From Eledone cirrhosa (lineage: Eukaryota), in the NCBI GenBank assembly GCA_964016885.1, contig OZ024741.1, positions 259,656,001-259,720,000 of the forward strand: DNA of 64,000 nt, read 5' to 3'. Below, piece by piece: positions 1-11,745 of this stretch. Position 1 is the stretch's first letter. Each line of letters starts with the position of its first letter. Both the position numbers and the translations under genes were made by a program. The notes under the pieces are model-generated. The model was not told where the DNA came from. It did not search any database and saw only the letters and a list, made by a program, of their open reading frames with translations.

Positions 1-3000
1 CGTAAGTCGAAACACTCGTATGTCGAATAACTCGTAAGCCGAAACACCGTAAGTCAAAACACTCGTAAGTCGAAACACTCGTAAGTCGAAACACCCATAA
101 GCCGAAACACTCGTAAGCCAAAACATTCGTAAGTCGAAACACTCGTAAACCGAAACACTCGTAAGCCAAAACATTCGTAAGTCGAAACACTCGTAAGTCG
201 AACCACCCATAGCCGAAACACTCGTAAGTCTGAACACACGTAAGTCAGAACAGCCGTAAGTCAGAACACTCGTAAGTCAGAACACTCGTAAGTCAGAACA
301 CTCGTAAGTCAGAGCACTCGTATCGAAACACTCGTATGTCAAAACACCCGTAAGTCAAAACACTCGTAAGTCGAAACACTCGTAAGTCGAAACACTCGTA
401 TGTCGAAACATCCGTAAATCAGAACACTCGTAAGTCGAAACACTCGTAAGTCGAAACACTCGTAAGCCGAAACACTCGTAAGTCGAAGCACTCGTATCGA
501 AACACTCGTAAGTCGAAACACCCTTAAGTCAAAACACTCGTAAGCCAAAACACTCGTAAGTCGAAACACTCGTAAGTCGGAACACTCGTAAGTCAGAACA
601 CTCGTAAGTCAGAACACTCGTAAGTGGAAACACGCGTAAGTCGAAAGACCCGTAAGTCAAAAATCTCGTAAGTCAAAACACTCGTAAGCCGAAACACTCG
701 TAAGTCGAAACACTCGTAAGTCGAAACACCCGTAAGTCGGAACACTCGTAAGTCAGAATACTCGTAAGTCAAAACACTCGTAAACCGGAACACCCGTAAG
801 GCAAAACATTCGCATGTCAAAACACTCGTAAGTCGAAACACTCGTAAGCCGAAACACTCGTAAGTCGAAACACTCGTAAGTCGAAACACTCGTAAGTCGA
901 AACACTCGTAAGTCAGTGCACCCGTAAGTCAGAACACTCGTAGTCAGAATACTCGTAAGTCGAAACACTCGTATGTCGAAACACCAGTAAGTCGAAACAT
1001 CCGTAAGTCAAAACACTCGTATGTCGAAACACTCGTAAGCCGAAACACTCATAAGTCGAAACACTCGTAAGCCGAAACACCCGTAAGTCAAAACATTCGT
1101 AAGTCAAAACACTCGTAAGTCGAAACACCCGTAAGTCAAAACACTCGTATGTCGAAACACTCGTAAGCCGAAACAACGTAAGTAAAAACACTCGTAAGTC
1201 GAAACACCCATAAGTCGAAACACTCGTAAGCCGAAACACTCGTAAGTCGAAACACTCATAAGCCGAAACACTCGTAAGTCGGAACACTCGTAAATCAGAA
1301 CACCCGCAAGTCAGAACACTCGTAAATCAGAACACTCTTAAGTCGAAACTCACGTACGCTGAAACACTCGTAAGTCGAAACACTCGTAAGTCGAAACATC
1401 CTTAAGTCGAAACACTCGTACACCGAAACACTCGTAAGTATAAACATTAGTAAGTCGAAACACTCGTAAGCCGAAACACTCGTAAGTCGAAACACCCGTA
1501 AATCGAAACACCCCTAAGTCAAAACACTCGTATGTCGAAACACTCGTAAACCGAAACACTCGTAAGTCGGAACACTCGTAAGTCAGAACACTCGTAAGTC
1601 GAAACACTCATAAGTCGAAACACTCGTAAGTCGAAACACCCGTAAGTCGAAACCCCCGTAAGTCGAAACACTCGTATGTCGAATAACTCGTAAGCTGAAA
1701 CACCGTAAGTCAAAACACTCGTAAGTCAAAACACTCGTAAGTCGAAACACCCATAAGCCGAAACACTCGTAAGCCAAAACATTCGTAAGTCGAAACACTC
1801 GTAAACCGAAACACTCGTAAGCCAAAACATTCGTAAGTCGAAACACTCGTAAGTCGAAACACCCATAGCCGAAACACTCGTAAGTCGGAACACACGTAAG
1901 TCAGAACACCCGTAAGTCAGAACACTCGTAAGTCAGAACACTCGTAAGTCAGAGCACTCGTATCGAAACACTCGTATGTCAAAACACCCGTAAGTCAAAA
2001 CACTCGTAAGTCGAAACACTCGTAAGCCGAAACACCGTAAGCCAAAACACTCGTAAGTCGAAACACCCGTAAGTCGGAACACTCGTAAGTCGAAACACTC
2101 GTAAGTCGAAACACTCGTAAGCCGAAACACTCGTAAGCCGAAACACTCGTAAGTCAGAACACTCGTAAGTCAGAACACTCGTAAGTCAGAATACTCGTAA
2201 GTCGAAACACCCGTAAGTCGAAACACCCGTAAGTCGAAACACTCGTATGTCGAATAACTCGTAAGCCGAAACACCGTAAGTCAAAACACTCGTAAGTCGA
2301 AACACTCGTAAGTCGAAACACCCATAAGCCGAAACACTCGTAAGCCAAAACATTCGTAAGTCGAAACACTCGTAAACCGAAACACTCGTAAGCCAAAACA
2401 TTCGTAAGTCGAAACACTCGTAAGTCGAAACACCCATAGCCGAAACACTTGTAAGTCTGAACACACGTAAGTCAGAACACCCGTAAGTCAGAACACTCGT
2501 AAGTCAGAACACTCGTAAGTCAGAACACTCGTAAGTCAGAGCACTCGTATCGAAACACTCGTATGTCAAAACACCCGTAAGTCAAAACACTCGTAAGTCG
2601 AAACACTCGTAAGCCGAAACACCGTAAGCCAAAACACTCGTAAGTCGAAACACCCGTAAGTCGGAACACTCGTAAGTCGAAACACTCGTAAGTCGAAACA
2701 CTCGTAAGCCGAAACACTCGTAAGCCGAAACACTCTTAAGTCGGAACACTCGTAAGTCGGAACACTCGTAAGTCAGAACACTCGTAAGTCAGAACACTCG
2801 TAAGTCAGAACACTCGTAAGTCAGAACACTCGTAAGTCGAAACACTCGTATCGAAACACTCGTATGTCAAAACACCAGTAAGTCGAAACACTCGTATCGA
2901 AACACTCGTATGTCAAAACACCAGTAAGTCAAAACACTCGTAAGTCGAAACACTCGTAAGCCGAAACACCGTAAGTCGAAACACCCGTATGTCGAAACAC

Positions 3001-5150
3001 TCGTAAGCCGAAACACTCGTAAGTCGAAACACTCGTAGTCGAAACACTCGTAAGTCGAAACACCCGTAAGTCGAAACACTCGTAAGTCGAAACACTCGTA
3101 AGCCGAAACACTCGTAAGTCGAAACACTCATAAGCCGAAACACTCGTAAGTCGAAACACTCGTAAGTCAGAACACTCGTAGTCAGAACACTCGTAAGTCA
3201 AACCACTCGTAAGCCGAAACACTCGTAAGTCGAAACACTCGTAAGTCGAAACACTCGTAAGTCGAAAAACTCGTAAGCCGGAACACTCGTAAGTCAGAAC
3301 ACTCGTAAGTCAGAACACTCGTAAGTCGAAACACTCGTAAGCCGAAACACCCGTAAGTCGAAACATTCGTAAGTCGAAACACCCGTAAGTCGAAACACTC
3401 GTAAGTCGAAACACTCGTAAGTCGAAACACCGTAAGTCAAAACACTCGTATGTCGAAACATCCGTAAATCAGAACACTCCTAAGTCAAAACACTCGTAAG
3501 TCGAAACACTCGTAAGTCAAAAATACTCGTAAGTCGAAACACCCTTAAGTAAAAACACTCGTAAGTCGAAACACTCGTAAGCCGAAACACCCGTCAGTTA
3601 AAACACCCGTAAGTCGAAACACTCGTAAGTCAAAACTCTCGTACGCCGAAACACTCGTAAGTAAAAACATTAGTAAGTCGAAACACTCGTAAGCCGAAAC
3701 ACTCATAAGTCGAAACACTCGTAAGCCGAAACACCCGTAAGTCAAAACATTCGTAAGTCAAAACACTCGTAAGTCGAAACACCCGTAAGTCGAAACACTC
3801 GTATGTCGAAACACTCGTAAGCCGAAACACCGTAAGTAAAAACACTCGTAAGTCTAAACACCCACAAGTCGAAACACTCGTAAGCCGAAACACTCGTAAG
3901 TCGAAACACTCATAAGCCGAAACACTCGTAAGTCGGAACACTCGTAAATCAGAACACCCGCAAGTCAGAACACTCGTATCGAAACACTCGTATGTCAAAA
4001 CACCCGTAAGTCAAAACACTCGTAAGTCGAAACACTCGTAAGCCGAAACACCGTAAGTAAAAAAACTCGTAAGTCGAAATACTCGTAAGTCGAAACACTC
4101 GTAAGCCGAAACAATCGTAATTCAAAACACTCGTAAGTCGAAACACTCGTAAGCCGAAACAATCGTAAGTCGAAACACTCGTAAGCCGAAAATACTCGTA
4201 AGTCGGAACACCCGTAAGCCGAAACACTCGTATGTCGAAACACTCGTAAGCCGAAACAACATAAGTAAAAACACTCGTAAGCCGAAACACCCATAAGTCG
4301 AAACACTCGTAAGCCGAAACACTCGTAAGTCGAAACACTCATAAGCCGAAACACTCGTAAGTCGGAACACTCGTAAATCAGAACACCCGCAAGTCAGAAC
4401 ACTCGTAAATCAGAACACTCTTAAGTCGAAACTCACGTACGCCGAAACACTCGTAAGTCGAAACACTCGTAAGTCGAAACATCCTTAAGTCGAAACACTC
4501 GTACACCGAAACACTCGTAAGTATAAACATTAGTAAGTCGAAACACTCGTATGTCGAAACACTCGTAAACCGAAACACTCGTAAGTCGGAACACTCGTAA
4601 GTCAGAACACTCGTAAGTCAGAACACTCGTAAGTCGAAACACTCATAAGTCGAAACACTCGTAAGTCGAAACACCCGTAAGTCGAAACACCCGTAAGTCG
4701 AAACACTCGTATGTCGAATAACTCGTAAGCCGAAACACCGTAAGTCAAAACACTCGTAAGTCGAAACACTCGTAAGTCGAAACACCCATAAGCCGAAACA
4801 TTCGTAAGCCAAAACATTCGTAAGTCGAAACACTCGTAAACCGAAACACTCGTAAGCCAAAACATTCGTAAGTCGAAACACTCGTAAGTCGAAACACCCA
4901 TAGCCGAAACACTTGTAAGTCTGAACACACGTAAGTCAGAACACCCGTAAGTCAGAACACTCGTAAGTCAGAACACTCGTAAGTCAGAACACTCGTAAGT
5001 CAGAGCACTCGTATCGAAACACTCGTATGTCAAAACACCCGTAAGTCAAAACACTCGTAAGTCGAAACACTCGTAAGCCGAAACACCGTAAGCCAAAACA
5101 CTCGTAAGTCGAAACATCCGTAAGTCGGAACACTCGTAAGTCGAAACACT
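1..5150. repeat. Partial copy of the 8.48-kb HOR family
   Basis: Diagnostic monomers (GGCAAAACATTCGCATG, GTCAGTGCACC, CTCACGTACGCTG, GTCTAAACACCCAC) recur in the same order at offsets of +41334 to +41398 (e.g. 593/41927, 2867/44265). Right boundary approximate. Confidence 0.9.
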
Positions 5151-6054
5151 CGTAAGACAGAACACTCGTAAGTCAGAACACTCGTAAGTCAGAACACTCG
5201 TAAGTCAGAACACTCGTAAGTCGAAACACTCGTATCGAAACACTCGTATGTCAAAACACCCGTAAGTCAAAACACTCGTAAGTCGAAACACTCGTAAGTC
5301 GAAACACTCGTATGTCGAAACATCCGTAAATCAGAACACTCGTAAGTCGAAACACTCGTAAGTTAGAACACTCGTAAGTCAGAACACTCGTAAGTCAGAA
5401 CACTCGTAAGTCGAAACACTCGTATCGAAACACTCGTATGTCAAAACACCCGTAAGTCAAAACACTCGTAAGTCGAAACACTCGTAAGTCGAAACACTCG
5501 TAAGCCGAAACACTCGTAAGCCGAAACACTCGTAAGTCGGAACACTCGTAAGTCGGAACACTCGTAAGACAGAACACTCGTAAGTCAGAACACTCGTAAG
5601 TCAGAACACTCGTAAGTCAGAACACTCGTAAGTCGAAACACTCGTATCGAAACACTCGTATGTCAAAACACCCGTAAGTCAAAACACTCGTAAGTCGAAA
5701 CACTCGTAAGTCGAAACACTCGTATGTCGAAACATCCGTAAATCAGAACACTCGTAAGTCGAAACACTCGTAAGTCGAAACACTCGTAAGCCGAAACACT
5801 CGTAAGTCGAAGCACTCGTATCGAAACACTCGTAAGTCGAAACACCCTTAAGTCAAAACACTCGTAAGCCAAAACACTCGTAAGTCGAAACACTCGTAAG
5901 TCGGAACACTCGTAAGTCAGAACACTCGTAAGTCAGAACACTCGTAAGTGGAAACACGCGTAAGTCGAAAGACCCGTAAGTCAAAAATCTCGTAAGTCAA
6001 AACACTCGTAAGCCGAAACACTCGTAAGTCGAAACACTCGTAAGTCGAAACATT

Positions 6055-6137
6055 CGTAAAGCGAAACGTATAAATAAAGATTAATGTAATGAACTTGAAA
6101 AGCATAGATATTTGAAACCGCGTCTATTTGTTATTTT
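6055..6137. repeat. 83-bp AT-rich interspersed cassette, type A
   Basis: CGTAAAGCGAAAC + GTATAAATAAAGATTAATGTAATGAACTTGAAAAGCATAGATATTTGAAACCGCGTCTATTTGTTATTTT. Confidence 0.95.
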
Positions 6138-7235
6138 CGTAAGTCGAAACACTCGTAAGTCAGAACACTCGTAAGTCAGAACACTCGTATCGAAACACGT
6201 ATGTCAAAACACCCGTAAGTCAAAACACTCGTAAGTCGAAACACTCGTAAGTCGAAACACTCGTAAGCCGAAACAATCGTAAGTCAAAACACTCGTAAGT
6301 CGAAACACTCGTAAGCCGAAAATACTCGTAAGTCGGAACACCCGTAAGCCGAAACCCTCGTAGGTCGGAACACTCGTAAGTCGAAACACTCTTAAGTCGA
6401 AACACCCGTAAGTCGAAACACTCGTAAGTCGAAACACCCGTAAGTCGAAACATCCGTAAGTCAAAACACTCGTATGTCGAAACACTCGTAAGCCGAAACA
6501 CTCGTAAGTCGGAACACTCGCAAGTCAGAACACTCGTAAGTCAGAACACTCGTAAGTCGAAACACTCGTAAGTCGAAACACCCGTAAGTCGAAACGCCCG
6601 TAAGTCAAAACACTCGTATGTCGAAACACTCGCAAGCCGAAAAACCGTAAGTCAAAACACTCGTAAGTCGAAACACTCGTAAATCGAAACACTCGTAAGC
6701 CGAAACACTCGTAAGCGAAAACATTCGTTAGTCGAAACACTCGTAACCCGAAACACTCGTAAGTCGAAACACTCGAAAGCCGAAACACTCGTAAGTCGAA
6801 ACACTCATAAGCCGAAACACTCGTAAGTCGGAACACTCGTAAGTCAGAACACCCGTAAATCAGAACACTCGTAGTCAGAACACTCGTAAGTCGAAACACT
6901 CGTAAGCCGAAACACTCGCAAGTCGAAGCACTCGTAATCCGAAACACTCTTAAGTCGAAACACTCGTAAGTCGGAACACTCGTAAGTCAGAACACTCGTA
7001 AGTCAGAACACTCGTAAGTCGAAACACTCGTAAGCCGAAACATCCGTAAGTCAAAACATCCGTAAGTCAAAACATTCGTAAGTCGAAACACCCGTAGTCG
7101 AAACACTCGCAAGTCGAAACACTCGTAAGTCGAAACACGCGTAAGTCGAAACACATGTAAGTCAAAACACTCGTAAGTCAAAACACTCGTAAGCCGAAAC
7201 ACTCGTAAGTCGAAACACTCGTAAGTCGAAACACT

Positions 7236-7318
7236 CGTAAAGCGAAACGTATCAATAAAGATTAATGTAATGAATTTGAAAAGCATAGAGATTTGAAACC
7301 GCGTCTATTTGTTATTTT
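7236..7318. repeat. 83-bp cassette, type B
   Basis: Diagnostic bases TATCAATAAAG, GAATTTG, AGAGATTT. Confidence 0.95.
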
Positions 7319-8112
7319 CGTAAGTCGAAACACTCGTAAGCCGAAACACTCGTGAGCCGAAACACTCGTAAGTCGGAACACTCGTAAGTCAGAACACTCG
7401 TAAGTCAGAACACTCGTAAGTTAGAACACTCGTAAGTCAGAACACTCGTAAGTCAGAACACTCGTAAGTCAAAACACTCGTATCGAAACACTCGTATGTC
7501 AAAACACCCGTAAGTCAAAACACTCGTAAGTCGAAACACTCGTAAGTCGAAACACTCGTAAGCCGAAACACTCGAAAGCCGAAACACTCGTAAGTCGGAA
7601 CACTCGTAAGTCGGAACACTCGTAAGTCAGAACACTCGTAAGTCAGAACACTCGTAAGTCAGAACACTCGTAAGTCGAAACACTCGTATCGAAACACTCG
7701 TATGTCAAAACACCCGTAAGTCAAAACACTCGTAAGTCGAAACACTTGTAAGTCGAAACACTCGTATGTCGAAACATCCGTAAATCAGAACACTCGTAAG
7801 TCGAAACACTCGTAAGTCGAAACACTCGTAAGCCGAAACACTCGTAAGTCGAAGCACTCGTATCGAAACACTCGTAAGTCGAAACACCCTTAAGTCAAAA
7901 CACTCGTAAGCCAAAACACTCGTAAGTCGAAACACTCGTAAGTCGGAACACTCGTAAGTCAGAACACTCGTAAGTCAGAACACTCGTAAGTGGAAACACG
8001 CGTAAGTCGAAAGACCCGTAAGTCAAAAATCTCGTAAGTCAAAACACTCGTAAGCCGAAACACTCGTAAGTCGAAACACTCGTAAGTCGAAACACTCGTA
8101 AGTCGAAACATT

Positions 8113-8195
8113 CGTAAAGCGAAACGTATAAATAAAGATTAATGTAATGAACTTGAAAAGCATAGATATTTGAAACCGCGTCTATTTGTTATTTT
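8113..8195. repeat. 83-bp cassette, type A
   Basis: Same sequence as 6055-6137. Confidence 0.95.
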
Positions 8196-10544
8196 CGTAA
8201 GTCGAAACACTCGTAAGTCAGAACACTCGTAAGTCAGAACACTCTTAAGTCAGAACACTCGTATCGAAACACGTATGTCAAAACACCCGTAAGTCAAAAC
8301 ACTCGTAAGTCGAAACACTCGTAAGTCGAAACACTCGTAAGCCGAAACAATCGTAAGTCAAAACACTCGTAAGTCGAAACACTCGTAAGCCGAAAATACT
8401 CGTAAGTCGGAACACCCGTAAGCCGAAACCCTCGTAGGTCGGAACACTCGTAAGTCAAAACACTCGTAAGTCGAAACACCCGTAAGTCGAAACACTCGTA
8501 AGTCGAAACACCCGTAAGTCGAAACATCCGTAAGTCAAAACACTCGTATGTCGAAACACTCGTAAGCCGAAACACTCGTAAGTCAGAACACTCGTAAGTC
8601 AGAACACTCGTAAGTCGAAACACTCATAAGTCGAAACACTCGTAAGTCGAAACACCCGTAAGTCGAAACACCCGTAAGTCGAAACACTCGTATGTCGAAT
8701 AACTCGTAAGCCGAAACACCGTAAGTCAAAACACTCGTAAGTCGAAACACTCGTAAGTCGAAACACCCATAAGCCGAAACATTCGTAAGCCAAAACATTC
8801 GTAAGTCGAAACACTCGTAAACCGAAACACTCGTAAGCCAAAACATTCGTAAGTCGAAACACTCGTAAGTCGAAACACCCATAGCCGAAACACTTGTAAG
8901 TCTGAACACACGTAAGTCAGAACACCCGTAAGTCAGAACACTCGTAAGTCAGAACACTCGTAAGTCAGAACACTCGTAAGTCAGAGCACTCGTATCGAAA
9001 CACTCGTATGTCAAAACACCCGTAAGTCAAAACACTCGTAAGTCGAAACACTCGTAAGCCGAAACACCGTAAGCCAAAACACTCGTAAGTCGAAACACCC
9101 GTAAGTCGGAACACTCGTAAGTCGAAACACTCGTAAGTCGAAACACTCGTAAGCCGAAACACTCGTAAGCCGAAACACTCGTAAGTCGGAACACTCGTAA
9201 GTCGGAACACTCGTAAGTCAGAACACTCGTAAGTCAGAACACTCGTAAGTCAGAACACTCGTAAGTCAGAACACTCGTAAGTCGAAACACTCGTATCGAA
9301 ACACTCGTATGTCAAAACACCCGTAAGTCAAAACACTCGTAAGTCGAAACACTCGTAAGTCGAAACATTCGTATGTCGAAACATCCGTAAATCAGAACAC
9401 TCGTAAGTCGAAACACTCGTAAGTCGAAACACTCGTAAGCCGAAACACTCGTAAGTCGAAGCACTCGTATCGAAACACTCGTAAGTCGAAACACCCTTAA
9501 GTCAAAACACTCGTAAGCCAAAACACTCGTAAGTCGAAACACTCGTAAGTCGGAACACTCGTAAGTCAGAACACTCGTAAGTCAGAACACTCGTAAGTGG
9601 AAACACGCGTAAGTCGAAACACTCGTAAGTCGAAACACCCGTAAGTCGAAACACCCGTAAGTCGAAACACTCGTATGTCGAATAACTCGTAAGCCGAAAC
9701 ACCGTAAGTCAAAACACTCGTAAGTCGAAACACTCGTAAGTCGAAACACCCATAAGCCGAAACACTCGTAAGCCAAAACATTCGTAAGTCGAAACACTCG
9801 TAAACCGAAACACTCGTAAGCCAAAACATTCGTAAGTCGAAACACTCGTAAGTCGAAACACCCATAGCCGAAACACTCGTAAGTCTGAACACACGTAAGT
9901 CAGAACAGCCGTAAGTCAGAACACTCGTAAGTCAGAACACTCGTAAGTCAGAACACTCGTAAGTCAGAGCACTCGTATCGAAACACTCGTATGTCAAAAC
10001 ACCCGTAAGTCAAAACACTCGTAAGTCGAAACACTCGTAAGCCGAAACACCGTAAGCCAAAACACTCGTAAGTCGAAACACCCGTAAGTCGGAACACTCG
10101 TAAGTCGAAACACTCGTAAGTCGAAACACTCGTAAACCGAAACACTCGTAAGCCGAAACACTCGTAAGTCGGAACACTCGTAAGTCGGAACACTCGTAAG
10201 TCAGAACACTCGTAAGTCAGAACACTCGTAAGTCAGAACACTCGTAAGTCGAAACACTCGTAAGTCGAAACACTCGTAAGCCGAAACACTCGTAAGTCGA
10301 AGCACTCGTATCGAAACACTCGTAAGTCGAAACACCCTTAAGTCAAAACACTCGTAAGCCAAAACACTCGTAAGTCGAAACACTCGTAAGTCGGAACACT
10401 CGTAAGTCAGAACACTCGTAAGTCAGAACACTCGTAAGTGGAAACACGCGTAAGTCGAAAGACCCGTAAGTCAAAAATCTCGTAAGTCAAAACACTCGTA
10501 AGCCGAAACACTCGTAAGTCGAAACACTCGTAAGTCGAAACATT

Positions 10545-10627
10545 CGTAAAGCGAAACGTATAAATAAAGATTAATGTAATGAACTTGAAAAGCATAGATA
10601 TTTGAAACCGCGTCTATTTGTTATTTT
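10545..10627. repeat. 83-bp cassette, type A
   Basis: Same sequence as 6055-6137. Confidence 0.95.
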
Positions 10628-11662
10628 CGTAAGTCGAAACACTCGTAAGTCAGAACACTCGTAAGTCAGAACACTCGTATCGAAACACGTATGTCAAAAC
10701 ACCCGTAAGTCAAAACACTCGTAAGTCGAAACACTCGTAAGTCGAAACACTCGTAAGCCGAAACAATCGTAAGTCAAAACACTCGTAAGTCGAAACACTC
10801 GTAAGCCGAAAATACTCGTAAGTCGGAACACCCGTAAGCCGAAACCCTCGTAGGTCGGAACACTCGTAAGTCGAAACACTCTTAAGTCGAAACACCCGTA
10901 AGTCGAAACACTCGTAAGTCGAAACACCCGTAAGTCGAAACATCCGTAAGTCAAAACACTCGTATGTCGAAACACTCGTAAGCCGAAACACTCGTAAGTC
11001 GGAACACTCGCAAGTCAGAACACTCGTATGTCAGAACACTCGTAAGTCGAAACACTCGTAAGTCGAAACACCCGTAAGTCGAAACGCCCGTAAGTCAAAA
11101 CACTCGTATGTCGAAACACTCGTAAGCCGAAACACTCGTAAGCGAAAACATTCGTTAGTCGAAACACTCGTAACCCGAAACACTCGTAAGTCGAAACACT
11201 CGAAAGCCGAAACACTCGTAAGTCGAAACACTCATAAGCCGAAACACTCGTAAGTCGGAACACTCGTAAGTCAGAACACCCGTAAATCAGAACACTCGTA
11301 GTCAGAACACTCGTAAGTCGAAACACTCGTAAGCCGAAACACTCGCAAGTCGAAGCACTCGTAATCCGAAACACTCTTAAGTCGAAACACTCGTAAGTCG
11401 GAACACTCGTAAGTCAGAACACTCGTAAGTCAGAACACTCGTAAGTCGAAACACTCGTAAGCCGAAACATCCGTAAGTCAAAACATCCGTAAGTCAAAAC
11501 ATTCGTAAGTCGAAACACCCGTAGTCGAAACACTCGCAAGTCGAAACACTCGTAAGTCGAAACACGCGTAAGTCGAAACACATGTAAGTCAAAACACTCG
11601 TAAGTCAAAACACTCGTAAGCCGAAACACTCGTAAGTCGAAACACTCGTAAGTCGAAACACT

Positions 11663-11745
11663 CGTAAAGCGAAACGTATCAATAAAGATTAATGTAATGA
11701 ATTTAAAAAGCATAGAGATTTGAAACCGCGTCTATTTGTTATTTT
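11663..11745. repeat. 83-bp cassette, type B with a private variant
   Basis: Type B, with GAATTTAAAAAG instead of GAATTTGAAAAG. Confidence 0.95.

Noticed and set aside
5917-6105. Repeated MLFKFITLIF.. ORF with a signal-peptide-like hydrophobic start
   Set aside because: The ATG and hydrophobic codons come from the T-rich minus strand of the cassette, and the frame runs straight into satellite. Length varies between copies (62, 85, 99 aa, or under the cutoff). There is no coding evidence.
6104-6127. Hairpin or terminator in the cassette (ATAGA...TCTAT followed by a T-rich tract)
   Set aside because: The stem is only 5-6 AT-rich bp with a long loop, which is expected by chance in AT-rich DNA.
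6068-6143. Budding-yeast point centromere (CDEII/CDEIII-like) resemblance of the cassette
   Set aside because: It is only 76% AT, has no CDEI, and lacks the CCGAA core at the expected place (TTTTCGTAAG instead). It also occurs in 30 copies within a satellite.
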